Part shown: positions 10,617 through 20,646 of the stretch, piece after piece
Layout of the letters: every line of letters starts with the position of its first letter
Numbering within the stretch: position 1 is the first letter of the stretch
Source of the DNA: Candidatus Dormiibacterota bacterium
GTDB taxonomy: Bacteria; Chloroflexota; Dormibacteria; Aeolococcales; Aeolococcaceae
DNA length: 64,000 nucleotides
Assembly (NCBI GenBank): GCA_963709585.1
Contig: CAVPXI010000007.1
Span: 288,001-352,000, forward strand
Reading direction: 5' to 3'
Notes under the pieces: generated by a model
What the model was told of the DNA's origin: nothing
The model's input: only the letters and a program-made list of their open reading frames with translations
Databases searched by the model: none
Program-made: the position numbers and the translations under genes

Positions 10617-11218
10617 CGCATCATTTCAAAGCGACTTGCACTGTGAGGCGCGTAGGGACAACCGCTCGCCGACGCGCACCCGCCGCTGGTGGCGATCTCG
10701 TCAAAGCGGTGCAGAACCTCGTGAACGCATTGCCCGTCGGCGAGCTGGAGAAGCGCCTTGCGCGCCTTGAGAAGACAGTCGCGCGGCTCGAGACGAGCCT
10801 GCGTGGCGCTGCTCGTCGCGCGACCACCGCGGTCAGCCGTGGTAAGCGCTCCACTGCGAAACGCGCGACCGCGAAGCGCGCCGGCGCCAAGAAGACGGCG
10901 GCCCGCAAGACCGGCGCACGGAAGACCACGGCGCGTAAGACCACCGCGCGTAAGACCACTGCCCGCAAGACCACCGCGCGCAAGACCACTGCCCGCAAGA
11001 CCACTGCCCGCAAGACCACGGCGCGCAAGACCACTGCCCGCAAGACCACCGCCCGCAAGACCACTGCCCGCAAGATCACTGCCCGCAAGACCACTGCCCG
11101 CAAGACCACGGCGCGCAAGCCAGCAGCTCGGAAGACGACCGCGCGTACGCCTCTGGCCCAGCGTCGCGCAGTAGGCAAGCCGGACGCGACACCGCCTGCG
11201 ACCGCGAAATCGGCCTGA
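10613..11218 (+). CDS. Histone H1-like basic protein: short coiled coil + (RKTTA)n tail
   Basis: LEKRLARLEKTVARLE heptad followed by a K/R/T/A-rich repeat tail. Start uncertain (ATG 10613 or GTG 10643). Confidence 0.8.
   Translation: MTHHFKATCTVRRVGTTARRRAPAAGGDLVKAVQNLVNALPVGELEKRLARLEKTVARLETSLRGAARRATTAVSRGKRSTAKRATAKRAGAKKTAARKTGARKTTARKTTARKTTARKTTARKTTARKTTARKTTARKTTARKTTARKTTARKITARKTTARKTTARKPAARKTTARTPLAQRRAVGKPDATPPATAKSA
10904..11143 (+). repeat. Coding tandem repeat, 16 x 15 bp (consensus CGCAAGACCACTGCC)
   Basis: Units counted directly; variation is mostly at third codon positions. Confidence 0.95.
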
Positions 11219-11716
11219 GGGGACCGCCTCAGTCATCCCCCGGTTTTTCGTTCAGAGGGCCTTGGCCGGCGCCAGGGCCCTCTTGAGTGTTGCCGGGAGA
11301 ACGAGGGCCTGGTATCGGATTTGACCGGTGTAATGCCAAATTACTCGTCCTATGCGCACCCTCCAAATGTCGCGTTGTTGACCTCGAGACCAGTGGTTGA
11401 TACGGCACTCCCGATGATGATCATCGACTACCTCCGTGGCCTGCAGATCTCTCGAAATCGCCTGCAATTCAGCATCTGATAGTACAAAATTACCGTTGCT
11501 ACCGGCGGCCCATAGTGCGGGCTGGAAAGGGCATCCAGCCCTTTGTCTCGCAGCGTCAGTGCGATTCTCCCTCCCGATTCGCAGCGTCCTGCTGGAGCCG
11601 CACGCGCCGCAGCGCGTGTGGCAGCGTAAGCGCACGCCAAGGCTTGGTATCTCGACGCCCGTGGCCACCCATATCCCCTCGGAGAGGATGGATCCTTGGA
11701 TCGGCCGGGCTCCGGG

Positions 11717-12595
11717 TCAAGGTCGACCTTTGCGGCCAAGCGATGCCTCAGCCGGAGCGTGATCCAAGCAATCCAACACTCCCCTCAGATAGTCGTGGGC
11801 GCGTCGGGCGAGTGCCGTCGGATCGACGTCCCGTCGGTTGAAACCGGCCTCAACGGTGAGAAACCCTGAGTACTCAGCGTTCTTCAAAGCCGTGATCATG
11901 GCGACAAAATCGGCCTCGCCATCGCCGGGGGCCAGTCGCCCGCGTTCCGCGACGTGCACATAACGCAGGTGTTCTAGCAATTCGCCAACATAGTCTGTGA
12001 GAACCTCGTTGCGGTACAGGACGTGAAAGGTATCGAACATGACCTTCACATTCGGAAGACCTACCTCGCGCATCAACCGCAAGGCGTCCCCTCCTGTCTC
12101 GACGATGTTGCTGTCTGCTGGAGTTGGCTCGATAACAATCGTAATGCCAAGGTCTGATGCGGCTTTAGCGATGTCGGTGAGACACTCACGCGTCCAAGAC
12201 CAGGCTTGTTCCTGGTCGACACCGTAAACGCGCCATCCCGCCACGAACACGAGGGTCAGACCGCCTAGTTGATTGCACAGCTCGAGGACGTCGCGCGTGT
12301 GCCGAACGGTGGCGCGACGCTCCTCGGGAATGAACGACGCCACATTATTTCCTGGTCCGCCGCCGGGGGCGGGGAGCATGGCGGATAGCGCGAGGTTGTG
12401 CGCATCAAGGAGGGAACGAAGGTCTCGACGCATGCTCTCATCGAGGTAGGCGGGGTATGCATGAGGGCTGGCCGCGACGATCTCAATACCGTCGTAGCCC
12501 ATGGCTGCCAATCTCGGGATGACGACATCGATGGGATACGCAGGTAACCATGTTGGAGCGCTCGAAAACGCGGCGGTTGAGAATGAGAGTTTCAT
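11717..12595 (-). CDS. Sugar phosphate isomerase/epimerase (xylose-isomerase-like TIM barrel, FrlC/DPEase-like)
   Basis: GYDGIE, IVIEP, VMFDTFH, YVHVAE..R.APGDG, LTVE metal-binding motifs. Confidence 0.88.
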   Translation of the reverse strand: MKLSFSTAAFSSAPTWLPAYPIDVVIPRLAAMGYDGIEIVAASPHAYPAYLDESMRRDLRSLLDAHNLALSAMLPAPGGGPGNNVASFIPEERRATVRHTRDVLELCNQLGGLTLVFVAGWRVYGVDQEQAWSWTRECLTDIAKAASDLGITIVIEPTPADSNIVETGGDALRLMREVGLPNVKVMFDTFHVLYRNEVLTDYVGELLEHLRYVHVAERGRLAPGDGEADFVAMITALKNAEYSGFLTVEAGFNRRDVDPTALARRAHDYLRGVLDCLDHAPAEASLGRKGRP

Positions 12596-12618
12596 CGTGT
12601 CTGGTAGCCTATACCTAT

Positions 12619-13548
12619 CTATTTCGCGCTGTTAGAATCGCGGATCGCCGAGTAGGAAGGTACTCCCGCGGCGGCTCCGACCGCCTGCAACGACTTGGCG
12701 GCCACGAGAGTCGCAACCTCCGCTGCGGACTCGATCGTCTCTCCCTGCAGGAGCGCCACAATCAAGCCAGCATCAAAGGCGTCACCTGCCCCAGTGGCGT
12801 CGATGACGTTGGTTGATTGCGCGACGACCCGGTGGACGTGGCCGTTCTCTGCTACCAGGCAGCCCGCCGCGCCCATCTTGAGTACGACCGCACGTGCCCC
12901 GAGACGTAGAAGATGCAGCGCCAGCACACGCGCCTCAACTCTCGGATAGATCGCAGAAAGATCCTGAAAGCTGGGGGCCAGAACGTCCGCCTCTTTGACC
13001 ATCAATTCGAAGAGCGGGCGCGACGGTCCCATACCATGAGTCTCGTCAATAAGGGTGCGGATTCCCCGCTGGCGAGCGAGCGCCAACATCTCCACCGCCG
13101 GCTGGCCGTCGATTCGGGGTAGTGCGAAGATGTCTGGCATCACGAGCGCATCGCTTTCGAGCAAGGCGTCTCGATCGACCTCGTCGAGGGAGAACGTGCG
13201 ATTGCAGCCCGGTGTGTGGGTGAATGTTCGCTCTCCGTTTGATCCAATGCCAACGAAGGTGAAAGGGGTCGGTTCAATCGGGTCCACGTAGACAGTCGAG
13301 GCATCTACGCCAGCGGCCGCTACCTCTTCACACAGAAATCGGCCGCAGAAGTCGTCGCCCACCTTGGCAAAGAGTCGTGCGGTAAGGCCAAGCCGTGCCG
13401 TCACGGCTGCTACATTGGTTGCGCCGCCACCAGGCTGCAGCCGAACATGCGTGGTGTTTACTTGAGGTTGGCTTTGACTTGGATAGTGGTCCAGCGGCCA
13501 ACTTACAGCGTCGACCAGGGCCAGTCCGAGGCACGCGATCCTCATCAA
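12619..13548 (-). CDS. PfkB-family carbohydrate kinase
   Basis: PGGGATNVA, KVGDD, DATGAGDAF signature. Confidence 0.92.
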   Translation of the reverse strand: MMRIACLGLALVDAVSWPLDHYPSQSQPQVNTTHVRLQPGGGATNVAAVTARLGLTARLFAKVGDDFCGRFLCEEVAAAGVDASTVYVDPIEPTPFTFVGIGSNGERTFTHTPGCNRTFSLDEVDRDALLESDALVMPDIFALPRIDGQPAVEMLALARQRGIRTLIDETHGMGPSRPLFELMVKEADVLAPSFQDLSAIYPRVEARVLALHLLRLGARAVVLKMGAAGCLVAENGHVHRVVAQSTNVIDATGAGDAFDAGLIVALLQGETIESAAEVATLVAAKSLQAVGAAAGVPSYSAIRDSNSAK

Positions 13549-14879
13549 CGAACGAGCGTGTTAGTCATAGGATATACATCCCTCGCGGTCTGCCTCAGCA
13601 TCTGCCGCGCCACTAGTTCCGCCTCTTCCAAGCTGTACTGGCCGCGGTCGATTCTTGAAGCTAAAGCTTCGGCAAGTAGATGCCTAATAAGCACCGCCTT
13701 GGTGTATGTCCATTCCAGGCTATACGCATCGGAGAAGAACCCGATCTGACGATTGGCCGGAAGCATATCCAAGCGCTCATCGATCACCTGGCGAATCGCA
13801 GTGGGAAAGAAGTTGTGCCACCAATAGGCGGCGAGGGTCAAATTGGGCAGTTCGCGGCAAAGGGTTGTCATTGCTTGGTTCGCGTGGCGGCTTGACAGCA
13901 GGCAAACGAATCGTATGGCTGGGTGCCTAGCCACCATGTCGCCCACGGCTCTGATTGCAGCTTGGGGGGCAATGCTGCCTGTCTCATGCGGTAGGGGCTC
14001 AGCTCCAAAGCTGAACTGGAAGACGATGGGCGTCGAGAGACGCGCTATGTGTTCTAACAACAACTCGTTCAGATAGGCTGCGTAGACATCCTGCTCCTCT
14101 TGCCCTGCGGAGCCGCGACGCAGAAGCGCGGCGCGCATCATCGCCTCCGAAACGGGCGACAAGCTCAGCTCCGTCGAGATGTGCGTTGCGAGAGAGACTA
14201 CGGGCGCCTCGGCCAATTGCGCCACGAAGTATTTCATCGCTTCGTGGACATCATCGATCGTAACGATTGTTCGGGACGTTTGCGGGCGCTGGGCAGTTCC
14301 GTGGGCGACCGGGACTCCGGGAGGCTCGCCCCATGTTCGCTCTAACTCGTACAGCGGCGTGTCAAACACTCCGCGTTGTACGCGTGTGAAGAACGCCCAT
14401 TCCATGGAGTACTCGAGAATGTCGATATCAACGTCGGCGGCACGCGAAAGCTCAGTTGTTAGACGCTCCACATTGCAGCGAGTCAGGATTTCACGCTGCC
14501 ATCCGCGGTCGTCGGCCCGCTCCGCAATCTGCCGATTGAGGCGACGCCAATTCTCCGGGGTGAGTTGCTCGGTCCAATTGTACAGATCGCGCAGGGCGGT
14601 ACGAAGGAGCCAGTAGCAACTCGTGTTGAGGATCCGAGGGACGTATGGGACGGCTTCTTTGATGCGGACCTCGGCCTCGCGCTCTGTCGGCTGACCGGGC
14701 CACTCAGTCAATCGATCGCCGCTCGGACATCCCGATGCGTACAGATCACTGACGACCATGTGGTACAGGAGCACGTCATGCAGACCCCTAGCCGTGAGCC
14801 GACCGCCCGTCAGGTGAGTGTGGGCATCGATGAGTGGGATGGACTTGAGCATCTCCAACACTTCAGCCTGCGTGGTCAT
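13545..14879 (-). CDS. Glucuronate isomerase (UxaC)-like amidohydrolase-fold protein
   Basis: PLIDAHTHL, LLYH, YWWHNF, GFFSDAY..EW..K motifs. Confidence 0.75.
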   Translation of the reverse strand: MTTQAEVLEMLKSIPLIDAHTHLTGGRLTARGLHDVLLYHMVVSDLYASGCPSGDRLTEWPGQPTEREAEVRIKEAVPYVPRILNTSCYWLLRTALRDLYNWTEQLTPENWRRLNRQIAERADDRGWQREILTRCNVERLTTELSRAADVDIDILEYSMEWAFFTRVQRGVFDTPLYELERTWGEPPGVPVAHGTAQRPQTSRTIVTIDDVHEAMKYFVAQLAEAPVVSLATHISTELSLSPVSEAMMRAALLRRGSAGQEEQDVYAAYLNELLLEHIARLSTPIVFQFSFGAEPLPHETGSIAPQAAIRAVGDMVARHPAIRFVCLLSSRHANQAMTTLCRELPNLTLAAYWWHNFFPTAIRQVIDERLDMLPANRQIGFFSDAYSLEWTYTKAVLIRHLLAEALASRIDRGQYSLEEAELVARQMLRQTARDVYPMTNTLVR

Positions 14880-14996
14880 CAAGTTCCTTCTGGCCGCAGC
14901 CCGATGGTCGTCGCCCGGCACCTGATGCAAGAGGTGGCGCTACGGTCCGATACGGCTTGAGGCCTCCGTAGCCGGTTGCGAGCAGCGCAGCACGAC

Positions 14997-16184
14997 TCAC
15001 TTTAAGACCTCCGTCCAGCTCCTCGTCCCGGTAAACTCCGCCACGGCCGCGATGACTCGCTGCACCTGCAGTCCGTCGGCGAACGACGGTCGCGGATCTC
15101 GATCCTCGGTGATGGCCTCAACGAATGCGGCCACTTCATGTGTGAAGGCGTGCTCCCAGCCGAGGATATGGCCTGGCGGCCACCAACCCCCGAGCCACGG
15201 ATGCCGCGGATCCGTCATCGGGATGCTCCGAAATCCACGTTCGCCTATGGGCATGGTTCGGTCAAACAACTCGAGCTCATTCAGGCGCTCTAGTGAAAAC
15301 CGAATCGAGCCCTCGGTGCCACCGATCTCGAGGCGGAGGTCGTTCAAATGGCCAGCAGCCACCCTACTGACTTCGAAGGATGCGACTACTCCGTCGGTCA
15401 GTTCTGCAAGGAAGGCTGAAGCGCCGCGTGCAGCTCTCGATGGCTCCCTCGTTGGGGTCAGCTCAGGCGTTGGAACGTGGGGCATTGATCGATCACGATT
15501 CGGAGAGGTGAACGGGGAGCGGTCTCCGAAGGAAGGCGCTCCCACTAGCCGTTGAATATTGTGTCCAGCAACGTGCTGCGCGAGGTCGACTACGTGCGAG
15601 CCAAGATCTGAAAGAGCGCCGAGTGGCGAGCGCTCCGAGTCCGACTTCCAAGTCGTCTCAGATTCTGGATCCTCCAACCAGTCCTGAAGGTAGGAACATC
15701 GCAAATGAGTGAGCTGGCCGAGCCGATCTTCTGAGATCAAACGCCGGGTCAATTCCAAGGCCGGGACCCGTCGATAGTTGAATCCCACCATCGCCCGCAC
15801 ACCACGTCTTGAGGCGCGCTCAGCGGCGGATACCATGTCTGTGGCCTCGGAGACGCAGCTGGCGAGCGGCTTCTCGCAGAGCACGTGTTTGCCGGACTTC
15901 AACGCCGCCACTCCAATCGTCGCGTGGAGATAATCGGGAGCGCAGATGTCGACGACATCAAGATCGGAGCGTGCGACGAGCTCTTCCCAGCTGCTCTCGA
16001 CGTTGGCCCATCCGAGCCGAACCGCGGCGGCGGTAGCGGCGACACGATCTCGGCCGGCCAGCGCCACGAGCTCAGGCCGAAGCCTAAGAGGGAAGGCTCG
16101 CGCGACCACACTCCAAGCATTGGTGTGAACGCGCGCGATAAAGCCGTGTCCGACGATTCCAATTCGAAGAGTGGCCGGTTTCAC
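14997..16184 (-). CDS. Gfo/Idh/MocA-family oxidoreductase
   Basis: IGIVGHGFIARVH, KHVLCEKP, GFNYRRVPA, GALSDLGSH, WWPPGHILGWEH. Confidence 0.92.
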   Translation of the reverse strand: MKPATLRIGIVGHGFIARVHTNAWSVVARAFPLRLRPELVALAGRDRVAATAAAVRLGWANVESSWEELVARSDLDVVDICAPDYLHATIGVAALKSGKHVLCEKPLASCVSEATDMVSAAERASRRGVRAMVGFNYRRVPALELTRRLISEDRLGQLTHLRCSYLQDWLEDPESETTWKSDSERSPLGALSDLGSHVVDLAQHVAGHNIQRLVGAPSFGDRSPFTSPNRDRSMPHVPTPELTPTREPSRAARGASAFLAELTDGVVASFEVSRVAAGHLNDLRLEIGGTEGSIRFSLERLNELELFDRTMPIGERGFRSIPMTDPRHPWLGGWWPPGHILGWEHAFTHEVAAFVEAITEDRDPRPSFADGLQVQRVIAAVAEFTGTRSWTEVLK

Positions 16185-17209
16185 TTGGGCGCCTCCGCCC
16201 TACGGCCGAGCCCAAGGACAGTAGCCGCGTACTCCATCGACCTCGCAACCGCAACGAGCTCGCGTTCGGCTTCCAGTCCATCTGAGTCACAGGACTCGAT
16301 GATCGCGTGCTCCCCATTCTCGACCCAGGCCATGTAATCCATGAAGATCCAGGCGGGAACGTCCCGATAAGCGGACCAGAACTCCGCCTGCCGATAGTGG
16401 AACTCTCGGGGCGGTACTCCTATAATTTCAAGCTCGAAGGGACTCCCTGGACAGAGATCGGCGAAGCGTTTCGCGAGCCTGGGTAAGTCAACTGTTCCTT
16501 CGCCGAGCGGAACCCATTCGACGACCGCCCCGTCTTCCGTCGGCCGTGCTCGGCAGTCGCGAATGCCGGAGGTAAGAACGTAGGGGGCAATGACCTCCAG
16601 AGCTGCGGCTGGATCCTCAAGCGTCCAGGCGGCATTGCCGGTGTCAAAGAGGGCGCCCACGAAGTGAGGACCGGCACGCTCGATCAGATTCCTCAATTGC
16701 ACCGACTGGAGGTCGCCTGAGTGATTCTCAACCGCGATCTTGATACCGAGACCCATCGCAACTGGTTCGACCGCTTGAAGTACGCGAACGGTTTCATCCA
16801 TGAGCAGAGCGAAGGCCGCCAGACGCTCGGCCGGGCTGGCGGATTCACTAGGTTGAAATCGGTCCTCGGCGCCACCTTGAAAGCAGCGCACTATTGGAGA
16901 ACCCAAGCGCTGCGCGATGTGGAGCATTTGGATGAGCTGGTCCTCGGCTGAACCCGCTAACGGTTCGAACCAATTGGACAGCGCGCAGATCGAACCCATG
17001 CCAACCTCGAGACCTAGTTCAAGTTCGTTCGCCAACGCACGTATTGATGTCAGGTGGCGGTCGGTCAGATCTCCGAGAAAGCGCGGCTCTGAAAAGTGGA
17101 CAACCTCCGCTCCGAGCCCCGCGCAGTAGTCGAGAAGCCGCTCCGCGCTCCAATTTTGGGAGCGCAAGCTGTAGACATCCAACCCGAGCCGCGGTCTTGC
17201 CGGAATCAT
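16181..17209 (-). CDS. Sugar phosphate isomerase/epimerase family protein (TIM barrel)
   Basis: LGLDVYSLRS, IAVENHSGD, LFDTGN, PLGEGTVD, FELE. Confidence 0.85.
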   Translation of the reverse strand: MIPARPRLGLDVYSLRSQNWSAERLLDYCAGLGAEVVHFSEPRFLGDLTDRHLTSIRALANELELGLEVGMGSICALSNWFEPLAGSAEDQLIQMLHIAQRLGSPIVRCFQGGAEDRFQPSESASPAERLAAFALLMDETVRVLQAVEPVAMGLGIKIAVENHSGDLQSVQLRNLIERAGPHFVGALFDTGNAAWTLEDPAAALEVIAPYVLTSGIRDCRARPTEDGAVVEWVPLGEGTVDLPRLAKRFADLCPGSPFELEIIGVPPREFHYRQAEFWSAYRDVPAWIFMDYMAWVENGEHAIIESCDSDGLEAERELVAVARSMEYAATVLGLGRRAEAPK

Positions 17210-18117
17210 GGACCAACTACGGTGACGGTGGAGTCAGCGATTCCTTCATGGGAACGCTCGGGGAGATGTGACGTCTCGTCAACACGGACCTGCGTGACCT
17301 CGACACCAAGAGCTCGGATCCCTTCGATCTCATCAGAATCCGCCAGTTCCGACGTGACGATATGCGCTACGGCCGTGAGAGGCGCGACCCTGATAAGCGA
17401 CTCCTCCCCGAACTTGGAGTGATCGACCAGCAGAATCACTTCCGATGCTGCCGCGATCATGGCTCGTTTCGCAGGCACTTCTTCGGGAATGGGGTTCGTG
17501 ATGCCCGACCGGACGGAGATGCTGTGCGCGGCCAAGAAGGTCCGTTCGACATGGATCTCCCTCAGTGATGCGATCGTCATATCCCCGACAGCAGCGAAGG
17601 TCGCTGGACGGACCATGCCGCCGATGAGCATCAGCGTCACATGCGGGTTCTTGGTCAGTTCGGCGGCATGGGTGACGGCATTCGTGGCGACAACGAGATC
17701 TCTCTTACCGCGCAGTTCACGGATCAGGTACATCGTGGTCGTGCCAGCGTCGACGATAAGCGTGTCGCCATCCTGAACAAATCGCGCAGCGAACTTGGCG
17801 ATGGCGCGCTTCTCCGCCTCGTGCTTTAGTAGGCGTCCCGCGTATGTGGTTTCCGAGAGCGCCCCAGTCGCGACTGCACCACCATGCACGCGCTCCACGA
17901 CGCCCATTGCCTCTAGCCGCTTCAGGTCGCGCCGGACTGTTTCGTCGGTAACGGCGAACGTCTCGACTAGTTCGCTGGCACGGACAGAACCATCGCGGGT
18001 AACGATGTCGGCAATCGTCCGAAGGCGCCCGCCACTGATCGCGCGGCGTGTCACAAGCTTCCCGGAGCCCTGGTCACCATCCCCAGCGGACATTTCATCT
18101 ACCGCGCCTATTTCCAC
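17206..18117 (-). CDS. DeoR/GlpR-family transcriptional regulator
   Basis: VTDETVRRDL...RVHGGA HTH, EKRAIA, DAGTT, DHSKFG. Confidence 0.93.
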   Translation of the reverse strand: MEIGAVDEMSAGDGDQGSGKLVTRRAISGGRLRTIADIVTRDGSVRASELVETFAVTDETVRRDLKRLEAMGVVERVHGGAVATGALSETTYAGRLLKHEAEKRAIAKFAARFVQDGDTLIVDAGTTTMYLIRELRGKRDLVVATNAVTHAAELTKNPHVTLMLIGGMVRPATFAAVGDMTIASLREIHVERTFLAAHSISVRSGITNPIPEEVPAKRAMIAAASEVILLVDHSKFGEESLIRVAPLTAVAHIVTSELADSDEIEGIRALGVEVTQVRVDETSHLPERSHEGIADSTVTVVGP

Positions 18118-18189
18118 GGCCCTACCTACCGTCAGGCCGCGCGCAGGAGTAACGCCACCACCTACCCTGGCACCATGCGGCGCGGAGCA

Positions 18190-19050
18190 TCAGGGCGCTG
18201 TCAGCTGCGCTACGGCGGCATCCAGATCGGAGTGCTGCACAGCGATGCGGATCGCTCGAATCATCGTTGCTGGATCAGGCTGGTCCCAGATGTTGCGCCC
18301 CATTGCGATCCCCACAGCGCCGGCGCGAGCCACTGTGACGATATCCTCGAGGACTTCTCGCTGAGTGGGACGTCGAGGCCCCCCGAGGACGACCACTGGA
18401 ATCGGCGCGGAACATACGATGTTCTCGAAGAATTCGGGATCTCCCCAGTATTCGATCTTTAGGATATCTGCCCCCATTTCAATTGCCTTGCGGGCACCAT
18501 CAGCGCCGATCTCCCTCCGTTCTTGCGCATCGGCTGGCACGGCTTCGCCCCAGAGATACGGCTCGATGATGAGAGGGATTTCCCAATGGTGGCACTCTTC
18601 AGCTGTCCGGGCGAGATACTGCAGGTTGGCGAGCTCGGCCGCGCGATCTGCGAATCCCACCACGAGCATCGTCTTGACAGCGTCGGCGCCCAATCGGAGG
18701 GCCTCCTCCACCGAGGCTTGCGGACCGTGAGCCACCACGGGGCCGGCACCCCGGATGCCAGCATGCATCACCTGGTCAAGAGCGATGATCAGACTCGGAC
18801 TGTCTCGCGTCGACAGGTCTTTTACGAGCCTGCGTGCGAGGCCTGCATTCAGTAGGACCCCATTTGGCTTCTCGACGATCGCCTTCGCTAACACTTCGCG
18901 AGGGTTCCGCAACCCATTGACGAATCCAGCGATGCCGTGGTCCATCGCAACGATGACAGCGAACTCGTCGGGCGAGCCCAACAACCGCGCTAACCGTCGC
19001 CCGCAGCCCGCAGCTAGGTCGCTGATTCCTCTACGAATATGTGGAGTCAC
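18190..19050 (-). CDS. Class I aldolase, DhnA/LsrF type
   Basis: VAMDHG, VEEALRLGADAV, MGADILK (Schiff-base Lys), PVVVLGG, MGRNIW. Confidence 0.88.
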   Translation of the reverse strand: MTPHIRRGISDLAAGCGRRLARLLGSPDEFAVIVAMDHGIAGFVNGLRNPREVLAKAIVEKPNGVLLNAGLARRLVKDLSTRDSPSLIIALDQVMHAGIRGAGPVVAHGPQASVEEALRLGADAVKTMLVVGFADRAAELANLQYLARTAEECHHWEIPLIIEPYLWGEAVPADAQERREIGADGARKAIEMGADILKIEYWGDPEFFENIVCSAPIPVVVLGGPRRPTQREVLEDIVTVARAGAVGIAMGRNIWDQPDPATMIRAIRIAVQHSDLDAAVAQLTAP

Positions 19051-19650
19051 AACTGACCAGCCTTCCTCCTAACGCGCCTGACAGCCGTTTCGGTGTCGCC
19101 TCAACACTCCTTTTGGCCCGCCAGCGGACGGGGCGCACGGATGCGTCAATCTGAGACCGGATTGTGTGGATTCTTGTGGGCTTCTGTCAACGGCAACCCT
19201 GCCAAGCCCTGCCCTTAGGTAGGTTATGTGGGTTTGGATCCAGGAAACCATGAAAGACCGACCTCCAAGGCACCAATTTCCGTGGTATTGTACCCGGCCA
19301 TGCGTGGGTTACGCATTGTTAGGGGCCAACCCCAAGGCAGTTTGCAGGTCCCCGCCCGACGGGCTGCGGAGGTTTCCGAATTGCGTCCCAGCACACTGGC
19401 ACGGATTCACGTATGCCCGGGTCGGTCCTTCCTAGTCGCTACAGAACCGGCGTGGAGCGCTCGCTGCGGGGGACTCGGCGAGGCTCGGACTGAGTCCGCG
19501 CCGGGGCATGCTCAAACGCCGGCGGTCCGTCGAGGCCACGAGCGCTTATCGAAGCCTGTTTGCTCGAGAAGAGCAGCGAGCATCCGGTATAGCGAAGAAC
19601 GCAGGAAGGCCCTTGGAAACGCACCCTTTCGCGTGGCGTTTAGGTAGCGG

Positions 19651-20646
19651 GTGGCTCGCTTGGTCGTGCTGGGCAGCGTGAATATGGACCTCGTAGCCGC
19701 GGTTCCGCACCTTCCAACTCCCGGGGAAACCGTCCTTGGCGAAAGTCTTGCCCAGTTCCCAGGCGGAAAGGGCGCAAATCAGGCTGTCGCCGCAGCACGC
19801 CTCGGGGCGGGGGTCACGCTGATCGGGAGAGTGGGTAGCGATGCATATGGCTCGGCGCTGATCGAACAACTTGCCCGCGAGCCAATTACCGACCTACTTC
19901 TTGAGCGCGATCGCCACAGCCCTTCGGGTGTCGCGATCGTTCTTGTGGACCAAGACGGGCAGAACATGATCACTGTTCTCCCCGGGAGCAACGGTCGTGT
20001 CGGCGAGGCTGAGGTGACGAGAGCGATTAGAGCACTCTCACATTCCGACATCCTCCTTGTTCAGCTCGAGATCGCCGCCGATACGGTGCGCTCGGCAATA
20101 GACCAAGCGCGCGCCATAGGAGTTCGAACCGTCTTGAACGCAGCTCCGGCAGCGAATATCGATGTCCATATCTTGGACCGCGTTGATGTCTGCGTCATTA
20201 ATACGACCGAAGCCTCCTCAGTTGTTGGCCGGCCTGTCGATAGCACTCGCGATGCAAGCGAGGTTGTCCTCGAACTCCACGACCGGGGGATTCGCCTCCC
20301 GATTGTGACCCTTGGAGAAGACGGCGCCATCTTCTTCGAGGCTGGGCATGTGTGCCACCTCCGGGCGCCCTCCGTTCAAGTCGTCGACACCACGGGCGCG
20401 GGGGACGCGTTCGTCGGGGCTCTCTGTGCCGCTCTTCTAGTGGGGTGTGCACCTGCGAAAGCTGTGTCTCTAGCCAATGCCGTCGGTGCGGCTGCAACTC
20501 AGCAGCCTGGCGCGCAGACCTCGCTTCCCAATCGGCACGACCTTAAGGAACTCTTTGATCTGGAGTGGCCGGGACGCGACGTAGGCGCGGCGCCACACGA
20601 GACCGCGGGGGACTCTGTCATGGTCGAGGGGCCGCGTGAAGACTGA
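19651..20646 (+). CDS. rbsK: Ribokinase
   Basis: VLGSVNMDLV, PGETV, PGGKGANQAVAAARLG, QLEI, DTTGAGDAF. Confidence 0.85.
   Translation: MARLVVLGSVNMDLVAAVPHLPTPGETVLGESLAQFPGGKGANQAVAAARLGAGVTLIGRVGSDAYGSALIEQLAREPITDLLLERDRHSPSGVAIVLVDQDGQNMITVLPGSNGRVGEAEVTRAIRALSHSDILLVQLEIAADTVRSAIDQARAIGVRTVLNAAPAANIDVHILDRVDVCVINTTEASSVVGRPVDSTRDASEVVLELHDRGIRLPIVTLGEDGAIFFEAGHVCHLRAPSVQVVDTTGAGDAFVGALCAALLVGCAPAKAVSLANAVGAAATQQPGAQTSLPNRHDLKELFDLEWPGRDVGAAPHETAGDSVMVEGPRED

Noticed and set aside
10904-11143. Regular repeat array considered as CRISPR
   Set aside because: 15-bp head-to-tail units without spacers, in frame in a protein; no cas genes.
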